A stretch of DNA of 37,844 nucleotides from Octopus bimaculoides (taxonomy: Eukaryota): positions 3,710,961-3,748,804 of the forward strand of contig NC_068981.1 of assembly GCF_001194135.2 (NCBI RefSeq). Direction: 5' to 3'. Below are positions 1-10,084 of this stretch, in pieces. Below the pieces are notes generated by a model. It was not told where the DNA came from. It saw only the letters and a list, made by a program, of their open reading frames with translations, and did no database searches. The first letter of the stretch is position 1; each line of letters opens with the position of its first letter. Made by a program: the position numbers and the translations under genes.

Positions 1-440
1 AAGAGAATAGGAAGCCAGACATAGTCTTAATTGAGAAAGAAAGCAAACGATGCTGGATCATAGACATAGCATCCCCAGCTGACAACAAGGTATGTGATAA
101 GGAAGAGAGAAAAGTCGATAGATATGACAGGTTAGCTTGGGAAGTTAAGCAGTTGTGGTCGATGAAAAAGGTAGCAATAGTACCAATAATTGTCAGAGCC
201 CTGGAAACAGTGAGCAAAAATCTCGAGAAGTATGTGGAACAAATAGGGGCTGCAATAAGGGTGGAGCACTTGCAGAAAACAGCACTGCTTGGAACCGCTC
301 GAATACTCCAGAAGATGCAGGAAAAACAAGGGGTGTTACCTTAGTTCACTGGTAGGGAACAGCTGACATCACAGTACATCTCCAGCATTAGAAGCTGTGC
401 AAAGACAATGACAATAGTAACAATAATAATAATAATTATA
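1..440 (+). mobile_element. R4/Dong-clade non-LTR retrotransposon 3' end (restriction-like endonuclease domain) with (CAA/TAA)n tail
   Basis: The frame from nt 3 reads ENRKPDIVLIEKESKRCWIIDIASPADNKVCDKEERKVDRYDRLAWEVKQLWSMKKVAIVPIIVRALETVSK...LQKTALLGTARILQKM. This has the PD..D RLE motif and the typical QK..LLGTARIL C-terminus, followed by an AAT-type tail at ~405-438. Confidence 0.9.
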
Positions 441-842
441 TATTCCGCTCAATACCAAAGATTTGCTTGTCAGTTGTTTGACTTCAACCAGTTGAGCATG
501 TCCCTTGGTGGCTGACGATATGTGCATCTCTGATCATGAGCAGAAGTATAGTGGGGGAGCATCATAGCCATGTGTTGAGAGGAATTCTTTGGGGTTTGGA
601 TAATTCACCTTTCAAAACATGGGTGTTTCGTTCAACATCCTTAAATAACCCTTATTCAGGGACCTTTTGAGTGGGATGGGCTACTCGACCTGAAGAAAAT
701 TCTAACTGGGCCCCACCTGCAAGGTCATGTGCTGTTTATCTTGATATGAGATCACCATATCGCGCACATATGGTTGTGATGCATGTGCCTGGTGTACCCT
801 TATCAGACAGGTAGTCATATATTTGTACGCCAGTGTCACTTT
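441..842. repeat. Unclassified interspersed repeat lying between two (AAT)n tracts
   Basis: GC-richer non-coding block bounded by AAT repeats on both sides. It resembles a high-copy octopus repeat from memory; class not determined. Confidence 0.4.
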
Positions 843-856
843 GAATAATAATAACC

Positions 857-1183
857 CACATAGATAAATACAACCTTTTAAGTACGAAATAGCCTGGCTA
901 TGGAAAATGAAGAAGCTGAAGATAGTGCCAATTATTGTTGGGTCCTTGGGGACAGTATCAGAAGGCATCAAGGGGAATATCAAGGAAATTGGAATAGGTC
1001 TGCCCAGGAGAACTGTTACAAAAGGTTTGCCTCCTTGGCATGGCCAGAATAATCAGGAAAGTAATAGAGGCTGAAAAGAATGGATAGCATAGTACCGTAG
1101 GCTGCAGGTAGTAAGCCCGCTGTGCATGCAAGACTCCAGGGGTTCAAACAAAACCTGTGATAAAGAAAAAATAATAATAATAA
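857..1183 (+). mobile_element. Second, diverged R4/Dong 3' fragment
   Basis: KYEIAWLWKMKKLKIVPIIVGSLGTVSEGIKGNIKEIGIG..(frameshift)..LQKVCLLGMARIIRKVIE, then a 3' UTR and an (AAT)n tail. Confidence 0.8.
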
Positions 1184-1194
1184 TTAACAGTGTT

Positions 1195-1304
1195 ATTAGG
1201 GACAACTAGGATACTTAAGAGGGTTCTTGGCATCTAAGGCTACTCGTAGCCTGATGTTAGGATTCTTTTCTTTTCCCACAGTCTAATCTGTTGAGTGTAT
1301 ATGA

Positions 1305-1341
<37 letters not shown>

Positions 1342-1360
1342 AATAATAATAATAATAATA
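1195..1360 (+). mobile_element. Very short R4/Dong 3' tip
   Basis: LGTTRILKRVLGI* followed by a short UTR and a long (AAT)n tail at ~1304-1360. Confidence 0.6.
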
Positions 1361-1375
1361 AATAAAAATAAAAAA

Positions 1376-2036
1376 CGAGAAAGCAACCATACTCTGGGAT
1401 ATGCTAATACACACAGATAGAGAAATTAAGGAAAATAGACCAGATATAGTTGTCAAAGATCATGAAGAAAAAAATGCTTTCTAATTGATGTATCAATACC
1501 AGCAGATGACAAGGTTTCTCTGAAAGAAATGGAAAAACTTTCAAAATACANNNNNNNNNNNNNNNNNNNNNNNNNNNNNNNNNNNNNNNNNNNNNNNNNN
1601 NNNNNNNNNNNNNNNNNNNNNNNNNNNNNNNNNNNNNNNNNNNNNNNNNNNNNNNNNNNNNNNNNNNNNNNNNNNNNNNNNNNNNNNNNNNNNNNNNNNN
1701 NNNNNAAGAAATGGAAAAACTTTCAAAATACAAAGACTTGGAAATAGAGGTAACTCGAATGTGGAATCTAAAAACAGAAACAATTCCTATCATAGTAGGT
1801 GCCTTAGGTATAATAAAAAAAATATTCAGACAAATACATAACAAAAACACCAGGACTTACAAATATATATAACATACAGAAAATTGCACTACTGGGCACT
1901 GCACACATCCTACGCAAAACCCTTTCAATACAGTAACCATAAGAGCATCACAGCAAACCACAGCACATACCCAAGGCACACAGAGCTGCGCTCGGTAGTG
2001 AAGTGAAAGCACGTTATAAAAATAAAACTACTGAAC

Positions 2037-2089
<53 letters not shown>

Positions 2090-2090
2090 C
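1376..2090 (+). mobile_element. R4/Dong 3' fragment (RLE domain) split by an N-gap with duplicated flanks
   Basis: ILWDMLIHTDREIKENRPDIVVKDHEEK..FLIDVSIPADDKVSLKEMEKLSKYKDLEIEVTRMWNLKTETIPIIVGALG...IQKIALLGTAHILRKTLSIQ*, then an (AAT)n tail at ~2037-2086. Confidence 0.9.
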
Positions 2091-2241
2091 AATGATAAGG
2101 AGGGCACACCACCCACTAAGGCAGCAAAAATGTGTGAAACAAAAACCAAACAGGAAAGCTGGAAGGTAATATCGAGACTGTGGAAAGAAAAACCATTGCA
2201 CGAGCAATAACCCAAACGAGCTGAAGAAGCTGATGTAGATA

Positions 2242-2500
2242 ATGAGAAGAAGTCATCAGTCGTTGGTGAGTGCTGGCTTGGAAGCCGAAACGGAAGGATT
2301 TATCGTGGTGGTACAAGATCAGAGCCTCCTCACCTGGAACTATCAAGCTAATGTCACACACAATGAGGTAGACACAACGTGTAGACTCTGCAATGACAAA
2401 CTGGAGAGTATTGGCCACATTGTTGCCGGTTGCTCAGTCCTTACCTCTACAGAATATAAACCCAACCATGATCGAGTCGGCCAATTCTTGCACTTTACAT
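2242..2500 (+). mobile_element. R4/Dong fragment containing the CCHC zinc-knuckle region
   Basis: LEAETEGFIVVVQDQSLLTWNYQANV...CRLCNDKLESIGHIVAGCSVLTSTEYKPNHDRVGQFLH matches the conserved ETEG..AQDQ / CRLC..E...H...C..RHD pattern of R4-clade ORFs. Confidence 0.85.
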
Positions 2501-2622
2501 AAACTCACACATAAGTACACATACACACACACATATATATATACATATGCACACACACACGTATATATATACATACGCACACACACACGAATACATGGAT
2601 GTACATACACACACATATGGTA

Positions 2623-2820
2623 CCTGTGCCAGTGGCACATAAAAGTACCCATTGCATTCTCAAGGTGGTTGGCATTTGGAAGGGCATCCAGCCGTAGAAA
2701 ACCATGCCAAATGAGACTGGAGTCTGGTGCAGCCTTCCAGCCTTGCCTGCCCAGTCAAACCGTCCAACCCATGCCAGCATGGACAATGGACGTTAAATGA
2801 TGGTGATGATGATGATGATG
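2623..2820 (+). mobile_element. RTE-type 3' tail repeat (family A) ending in (GAT)n
   Basis: ...gaagggcatccagccgtagaaaaccatgcc...ccaacccatgccagcatggacaatggacgttaaatgatg. The same sequence directly follows an RTE ORF end at 20240-20460. Confidence 0.8.
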
Positions 2821-3201
2821 CACACAACACACACACAAACACATACACATATGCATACATATATATATCCATGTGTGTGTGTCGCCTGTTGCTTAACAAA
2901 CGGTGTTGATTCGCATGAATCCCCAAAACTCAGTGGTTTAGCACCAGACTTAGTGAGAACAACAAGTAATGGGGTCAGCTTCATCAACTGACTCCTTCCA
3001 GGCGCTGCCCCTGCATGGCCACAGTCCAATGACAGAACAAGCAAAAGAATGTAGAAACTGTTTTGTGTGTATCAAGGAATATATTGTTTAATGTGCCCTG
3101 TTCCTTTGATAAGACAGCAATGTGTGATTTGAGGAATATCTGGTTGCTATTTCTAGCAGGCTGAGAGACTGCGTACAGGTACAGAATCTATCTTTACCTT
3201 G

Positions 3202-3282
3202 TGTCATGTTGTTCAGTTGGGTGGCTGGTGTCATGTTGTTCAGTTGGGTGGCTGGTGTCATGTTGTACAGTTGGGTGGTTGG
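3202..3282. repeat. 27-bp minisatellite x3
   Basis: Unit tgtcatgttgttcagttgggtggctgg at 3202, 3229 and 3256 (the third copy has 2 substitutions). Confidence 0.9.
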
Positions 3283-3324
3283 CTGTGTTTGACGTTCTGT
3301 GAAGCTGATGCTTCAGAAGGGAGT

Positions 3325-3828
3325 CTGGGTGTGTGTGTTGTGTTGTGTTGTATGTATGTGTGTGTAAGTGTATATGTATGTGTGTGTGTATGTGTGTGTG
3401 TATCTGTGAGCCTTTGTGTCCGTATGCGTCTGTATATATATATATATATGTGTGTGTCTGTGAGTGTATGTGTATATGTGTGTGTACATGTCTGTGTGTA
3501 AAAGTGTATATGTATGTGTTTATAAGCATGTGTGTTCGTATGTGTATCTGTGTGTGAGAGAGTGTGTGAAGTTGTGTATGTATATGTGTATGTATATGTG
3601 TATTTGTGAGTGCATATGGATGTATGCTCTGTGTGTGTGTGTGAATGTGTGAGCCTATGTATGTGAATAAGAGTGTGTTTGGAATGTATTTGTGCGTAAA
3701 AGTGTGCGTACGTGTTTTAAGAGCATGTGTGTGCGTATGTGTACAGTGTATATACGTGTGGTTCATATGTGTGTATGTATTTGTGTGAACACTTTTATAT
3801 GTATTTGCGGATGTATGTATATGTGAGA

Positions 3829-3904
<76 letters not shown>

Positions 3905-4255
3905 GTATATATATATGTATATATATATATATGTATATATATAAAATGTGTGCAGTGCGTGCATATGAGCGAGTTCGTGTGTGTGTGTGTGAGTCTGTGC
4001 ATAAGTGTGTGTCGCGTGTGTGTGTAAGTGTGTGCATAGGTGTGTGTGTGTGTGTGTGTGTGATTGGTTGAATGTATTTGATGTTCTCTGATGTTCATAG
4101 TAAGAAGAGAAACAATGTGTGTGTGTGTTTGTGTGTATGAGTACAAGTACATGTGTGTGTGTGTGTATTTGTGTACTCATTGTTCAGTACATTTGATGTT
4201 CTCTGATGCTCACAGAGAGAAGAGAGACGATGTGTTTGTGTGTGTGTGTGTGTGT

Positions 4256-4296
<41 letters not shown>

Positions 4297-4437
4297 CAAG
4301 GTATGTTTAGTGTGATGGCTGCGTGTATTTGATGTCCTCTGAAGTTGATAGGGAAAAACAAGCTCTGTGTGTGTGTGTGTATACCTGTGTCAATGCNNNN
4401 NNNNNNNNNNNNNNNNNNNNNNNNNNNNNNNNNNNNN

Positions 4438-4472
<35 letters not shown>
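3325..4472. repeat. Compound (TG)n/(TA)n microsatellite field
   Basis: Dinucleotide runs throughout, including (TA)n at ~3832-3940. This is the source of the His/Thr/Tyr/Ile and Val/Cys ORFs in the track. Confidence 0.95.
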
Positions 4473-4473
<1 letters not shown>

Positions 4474-4756
4474 TGTTTAGTGCAATGGTTGTTTCTGTAT
4501 TCAATGCTCTCTAGTGTTTATGGTAAAAACAAACAGTGGAATTGTGGATGGGTTTAAGAAGAAAAACAAGAAATACACTTTGCAGACCAAATATTTATAT
4601 TTTCAATCAATTTTAAAGCCCCGTTGTTGCTTCAAGAGAGAGATAGGGTTGATCTTACAACCTACAGGGACAAAATTTCAGTATTTGATGGCATAAAAGA
4701 AAGATGGAGATGTTCGACATGCACCAATTTCAGCAGTACGGATTTAGGAAAATCGA

Positions 4757-4985
4757 GACACATGGCCTAGTGGTCAGGGTGTTGGATTCATGACCACAAG
4801 ATTGTGGTTTCAATTCCTGGACCGGGCAAGGCATTGTGTTCTTAAGCAAAACACTTCATTTCACGTTGCTCCAGTCCACTCAGCTGGTAAAAATGAGTAA
4901 TCATGTGAGGGACTAGCATGCCATCGAGGGGGGAAATATATACGCCAGAGAAACCGGGAAACTGGCTCTATGCCCCTTATGGAGT
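4757..4985 (+). mobile_element. tRNA-derived SINE with a CORE/V-like central region
   Basis: A-box-like TGGCCTAGTGG and B-box-like GTTTCAATTCC, then gtgttcttaagcaaaacacttcat...ctccagtccactcagctggtaaaaatgagt. Superfamily assignment is tentative. Confidence 0.65.
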
Positions 4986-5019
4986 GATGTGGACTGACCA
5001 TGTTTAGGAAAAGATAGTT

Positions 5020-5310
5020 TTTGTGCATTTAACTTCTGTTAACTCATGTCAACTTAAGTTAACTTCCACTAACTTCAGTTCAATTGAAGTTAACAGATTT
5101 TATATTTTTGGCACTTTTTAATGGTGTTTTTAGGTGATTTGAGAGACAAAAATGATTTTTTGTTTTTTCTATAACAAAAATTAATGTTAACGGTTTATCA
5201 ATAACTTCTGTTACATTAGGAAATAATTAAAGATTATCAAAGTTAACTTTTCGGTTAACAGATTAACAGTTAATGAAGCTAACTTTTCGATTAACGGTGC
5301 CCAGCTTTGC
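5020..5310 (-). mobile_element. Partial copy of an AT-rich GTTAAC-rich non-autonomous DNA transposon
   Basis: Reverse complement of the element at 34769-35185. It ends in gtgcccagctttg, matching the TIR caaaagtgggcac. Confidence 0.75.
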
Positions 5311-5374
5311 TGGTTTCCCCACCTCTTTCTCCACATCTACTTCAAGATATCATTTTCCCACTTTTTTTTTGCTA

Positions 5375-5598
5375 ATGCATGGTCAACGCCAGTGCTGCCT
5401 GACTGGCCCCCGTACTGGTGGCACGCAAAAAGCACCACTACACTCTTGGAGTGATTGGTGTTAGGAAGGGCATCCAGCTGTAGAAACCTTGCCAGATGAG
5501 ATTGGAGCCTGGTAAAGCCCATTAGCTTGCCAGCCCTCAGTCAAACCGTCCAGCATGGAAAACGGACGTTAAACAATGATGATGATGATGGTGGTGAT
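5375..5598 (+). mobile_element. Family A RTE-tail repeat
   Basis: aggaagggcatccagctgtagaaacc...gcatggaaaacggacgttaaacaatgatgatg. Confidence 0.8.
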
Positions 5599-5614
5599 GG
5601 CACACATACATATA

Positions 5615-6311
5615 CATGAAGTCTGATCAATAAGTATCCGGACTGTTGCCATAGTAACAAAGCTAAAGTACACAGGATGAAGCCACTTGACACAGATTGA
5701 CCTTGAACTCTGCTGTGCATGTGCACTACGTTTTAACNNNNNNNNNNNNNNNNNNNNNNNNNNNNNNNNNNNNNNNNNNNNNNNNNNNNNNNNNNNNNNN
5801 NNNNNNNNNNNNNNNNNNNNNNNNNNNNNNNNNNNNNNNNNNNNNNNNNNNNNNNNNNNNNNNNNNNNNNNNNNNNNNNNNNNNNNNNNNNNNNNNNNNN
5901 NNNNNNNNNNNNNNNNNNNNNNNNNNNNNNNNNNNNNNNNNNNNNNNNNNNNNNNNNNNNNNNNNNNNNNNNNNNNNNNNNNNNNNNNNNNNNNNNNNNN
6001 NNNNNNNNNNNNNNNNNNNNNNNNNNNNNNNNNNNNNNNNNNNNNNNNNNNNNNNNNNNNNNNNNNNNNNNNNNNNNNNNNNNNNNNNNNNNNNNNNNNN
6101 NNNNNNNNNNNNNNNNNNNNNNNNNNNNNNNNNNNNNNNNNNNNNNNNNNNNNNNNNNNNNNNNNNNNTAGCATGTGATCATCGCACGACAGAGTAGGTT
6201 GTCATGGCGATACAGCAGAGTTCAAGGTCTATCTGTGCCAAGCAGCTTTACTCTGCATGGTTTCGCTTCATTACCATGGCAACAGTTTGGATACTTATTA
6301 ATCATACCATG
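5615..6311. mobile_element. Mariner-derived MITE with ~110-bp inverted repeats and TA TSD, centre in an N-gap
   Basis: Left end TA|catgaagtctgatcaataagtatccggactgttgccatagtaac...gaccttgaactctgctgt. The right end in reverse complement is TA|catggtatgattaataagtatccaaactgttgccatggtaat...gaccttgaactctgctgt. Confidence 0.8.
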
Positions 6312-6874
6312 TATTTATGGATTTGTGGGTGCCGTGTCATGTGTGTATGTATATGTGTGTAGCTTTGTTTATATGTATGCATGTGTATGTTATTATATGT
6401 TGTAGCATCTGTGTACGGTGTATGTGCATGTTTGTTTGTTGCAGTGTCTAGGTATGTGTGTATGTTGTAGTATGTATATCATAATGTGTATGTGTATGCT
6501 TGATTAAAGGTGTGTGTGTGGTAGCATGTTGTATGCTTGTACATGTTGTAAGTATGTGTGTGTATGTTGTAGCGTGAGCGAGTGCGTGTGTTAGCCAACA
6601 ATCTCACAGAAACTATGAATATAACATATCTCTCCTCCCCACCACACTTCCCATTTACTTCTTCATCCTTTCTTTCTCTCTTTGTTTATGTGATCTCCAC
6701 TACCACCACCATCACCACCACCACCACCACCACCACCACCACCATTACATCACCTGACCCTTTTCCGTCTGAACAACATTTAATGTTTCTCAACCAGATT
6801 TTAAAATCCTCATTTAAATTATTATGTGGAAAAAAAAAACTACAATCGAATGTTTTAATATATGCGCATGCTAA

Positions 6875-7109
6875 GGCAGCGAGCTGGCAGAATCGTTAGC
6901 ACATCGGGTGAAATGCTTAGTGGTATTTTGTCTGCTGTTACACTCTGAGTTCTAATTCCGCTGAGGTTGACTTTGCCTTTCATCCTTTCGAGGTTGATAA
7001 ATTAAGTACCAGTTATGCACTGTGATCAATGTAATCGACTTAATCCATTTGTCTGTCCTTGTTTGTCCCCTCTATGTTTAGCCTCTTGTGGGCAATAAAG
7101 AAATAAGAA
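6875..7109 (+). mobile_element. tRNA-derived SINE (family C)
   Basis: ggcagcgagctggcagaatcgttagc...ttctgagttctaattccgctgaggttgactttgcctttcatcctttcg. Other copies are at 7110, 21367, 28216 and 16975(-). Confidence 0.8.
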
Positions 7110-7305
7110 ACGTTAGCATGCCGGGCAAAATACTTTGCAGTATTTCATCTGTCTTTACGTTCTGAGTTCAAACTCCACTGAGGTTGACTTTGCCTTCCAT
7201 CCTTTCGGGGTCGATAAAATAAGTAACAGTTGTGTACTGGTGTCGATCTAATCGACTTGCTCGCTCCCCAAAAATTTCGGGTCTCGTGCCTAAAGTAGAA
7301 AAGAA
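7110..7305 (+). mobile_element. 5'-truncated family C SINE in tandem, with a different 3' tail
   Basis: Starts at cgttagcatgccgggcaaaa and shares the body with 6875-7109. Its tail aaaatttcgggtctcgtgcctaaagtagaaaagaat matches that of the 21367 copy. Confidence 0.75.
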
Positions 7306-7325
7306 TATATGTGCATGCTTATACA

Positions 7326-7509
7326 GTAAATCCCCAAAAAACAACACGAGGACATGATACATGTAAAGTATTAGCAGATGCTCAAGGAAGGAAAGAAAGG
7401 TGGTTTTACGTTTCAAGCAAAGCTCTTCTTCAGAAACAGAGGAAAGTCCAATAGAAAGGAAGACGGAGGAAGAAAATCGCCAACGATTCACATGTGGTTA
7501 CATTTTGAA
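7326..7509 (-). mobile_element. Short hammerhead-bearing element (Penelope pLTR/retrozyme-like) with a 17-bp TSD
   Basis: Direct repeat atgtgcatgcttataca at 7309-7325 and 7510-7526, with an internal hammerhead motif at 7403-7437(-). Confidence 0.75.
7403..7437 (-). ncRNA. Minimal type I hammerhead ribozyme motif
   Basis: The minus strand reads GUUU CUGAAGA A GAGC uuu GCUU GAAA CG UA AAAC. Helix I is GUUU/AAAC, helix II is GAGC/GCUU, helix III is the palindrome ACGU, and the cleavage triplet is GUA. Confidence 0.7.
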
Positions 7510-7888
7510 ATGTGCATGCTTATACACATACCGACATACATATGAGAGTGTGGTGAAAAGTTCCTGGCTTTGGGTAAAAGAAAATACAGTGCAGTGGTCC
7601 TTCAGTTTTTCTAAGTCCTGTAAAAGAACTCAGAAGTTTGGGCCTCCAACCAGGCCTTTCATGAAACCCTTAAACCCAGGAACTTTTCAGCCCCCTTTCG
7701 TATATACATTTATATATGACACTGAATGTACATGTGTGCATATGTATACAAATATATGTATGTGTGTACATATATATATATATGTATGTGTGCATGTGTG
7801 TGTATGCATGGCTTGATTATAGAACAGTAATGAGATCACATGCATTCTAATTGTTTTAGCATACCAGAATGTTAGTTAAATGTATATA

Positions 7889-9064
7889 CCAGAATGAAAA
7901 ATGCGAGTAAGAGAAATGAATATTCTCAAATAAACCTGGAAAAATACAGGACAAGAAGTAAGTCTAAAATAAAATTTGAATGGCTTAACAATTAAATAAA
8001 CTATTCAAATAAGCCAAACCATTCGAAACTGATCAACCATCTTTCACGCAAGAAGTAAGTCTAAAACGAAAGAGCTTAAAATACTGCAGATAAATATAAA
8101 ATTTGATAAAAATAATCTGATGCTTTATCATAACTTCTCACATCTCAAATAAAAATTGTTTTAAGATTTTTGAAATGGAGATTCATTTCTGTTTATTCAT
8201 TATTAATACAATGCTATAAAGATGATCTTTATTTTCTTTCGTTATAATTAACTCTATGACATCAGAATTTATTTCAGGGAAACCTAGATTTACCGAACTG
8301 GAAAATGAACTGACAAACAGTTACTAACTAAAAATCAAAATTTTAAAAGTAAGGTAAAATAATTTTGCTAAAAATAAAACAAAGAAAACATTTAATTAGG
8401 AGGGTGAGTCAAAAACCCTCTTTCATGGGGCCAAAGAGATGATAGTTTGAAGGCACTAAATTATTCAAGTGATGAGGAAGTGAAAACTGTAGTGAAGAAG
8501 TGGCTCAAAGAACAGTCAACAGAATTTTATGGGGCAGAGATACATGCTCTCACTCAAAGGTGGAACATTGCTATTGAGAGAAACGGTGATTATGTTGAGA
8601 AGTAGGGATGTGATCCACAGGGTTCCAGCTTCATTTTGATGTATGATACATGTTTCTGTGTTGGTAATTATACCTGTCCTAAACAAAATGGCATTACCTT
8701 TTGACTCATCCCCGGATTTGAATAGGTTTAAATTTTACTATAATCAAACATTTAATTTATTTACCTACTTTCTTTGCATTTGTAAAAAATTTTAACTACT
8801 AATGTTAGAAAACATTATGGCAGTCATCACTTCGTTTTCATTTATTTAAATTTTAAATTTCATTTTTAATCAAGCTTAGAAATAGTGAAATAATTTGGGT
8901 GAAAGATGGTTGACCAGTTTTGAATGGCTTGGCTTATTTGAATAGTTTATTTAATTGTTAAGCCATTCAAATTTTATTTTAGGCTTACTTCTTGTCCTGT
9001 ATTTTTCCAGGTTTATTAAATACTTGAGAATATTGATATCTCTTGCTTACATTTTTCATTCTAG
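7889..9064. mobile_element. Fold-back/MITE-like element with ~165-bp inverted arms
   Basis: 7889-8050 (ccagaatgaaaaatg...aaccatctttcacgca) is the reverse complement of 8896-9064 (tgggtgaaagatggtt...catttttcattctag), with few mismatches and one short indel. Confidence 0.85.
8399..8714 (+). mobile_element. Internally deleted mariner (both TIRs plus the transposase C-terminus), nested in the fold-back element
   Basis: TIRs ggagggtgagtcaaaa and ttttgactcatccccg. The coding remnant reads SDEEVKTVVKKWLKEQSTEFYGAEIHALTQRWNIAIERNGDYVEK*, a mariner C-terminus. Confidence 0.85.
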
Positions 9065-9764
9065 TTCACTTTTTTTTACAGGCAATGCAAAAAAATTAAT
9101 AATTTTTATTCTAATAATAAATTCAGTTTAATTTTTCATATTATTTTATTTTTTTATTGATCAATAATTGATGCCTATTCATTTTTGCTAGAAATATTCT
9201 AAATTGAATAGTATTTTCTTTACATTGAGTATTATGAAATCTGTCTATTTAGAATTAATTTTAATTAATATTTATCAGGAACAAAATTTTTAAGAGACCA
9301 ATAATAAAAAAAATATAAAGCACTAATTATGAGCAATGAAGAATTAAATGAATTGGGAGAGAAGGTCGACTAAAAAACAAAACAATTATAGACTGGATTT
9401 TCTGTTTGCCTTATATTGACAAATTGTCATTTGAGTATTTTTGTAATTGCAACACATATTTACAACTGGCAATTATTGAAAGATGCATAACTTTTTTTCT
9501 CTTTAATATATTTTTATGGGGTTAACAAGGTGGAGATCTTTCATTTGAACACAAATATAGTTTGCTTTTCAGAAAGTTGAGATATTTTGAGTTAAAGTCA
9601 ATCATAGTCAATCATACTTACCAATTCTTTGCCTACTTAAAGCTGCATAACTAAACTCACCATGTAATCAACAGTAGTATTTATAGTTCGCCCACACAGT
9701 AAAAAATGTGCCAAAATCATACGGCCTATGCTTTAAACAGTCATGTGACCACAAATAATTATCT

Positions 9765-10084
9765 TTTCCATGAAGCCAGTATGCTCTGTTGGATGTGTAA
9801 TGTCAATGTGAATACCCGTCAGAGTGTAAGTATCTTGAGAGAAAAGCTGAACATTAGAAGCATCAGTTGTGGCGTGCAAGAGAGACGATTGCGCTGGTAT
9901 GGACATGTGGTGAGAATGGAGGAGGATAGCTGCGTGAAAAAGTGCCACACCCTAACAGTTGAGGGAACCCGTGGAAGAGGTAGGCCCAGGAAGACCTGGG
10001 CTAAGGTGGTGAGGCAAGACCTTCGTACATTGGGCCTCACCGAGGCGATGACTACTGACCGAGACCTTTGGAAATGTGCTGTGC
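9765..10084 (+). mobile_element. RTE-clade LINE, 3' end of ORF
   Basis: EASMLCWMCNV...LREKLNIRSISCGVQERRLRWYGHVVRMEEDSCVKKC...VEGTRGRGRPRKTW...DRDLWK, containing the RLRWYGHV and RGRGRPRKTW motifs. Confidence 0.9.

Noticed and set aside
3194-4514. Long His/Thr- and Val/Cys-rich ORFs (up to 328 aa)
   Set aside because: These are translations of (CA)n/(TG)n/(TA)n repeats with no domain content.
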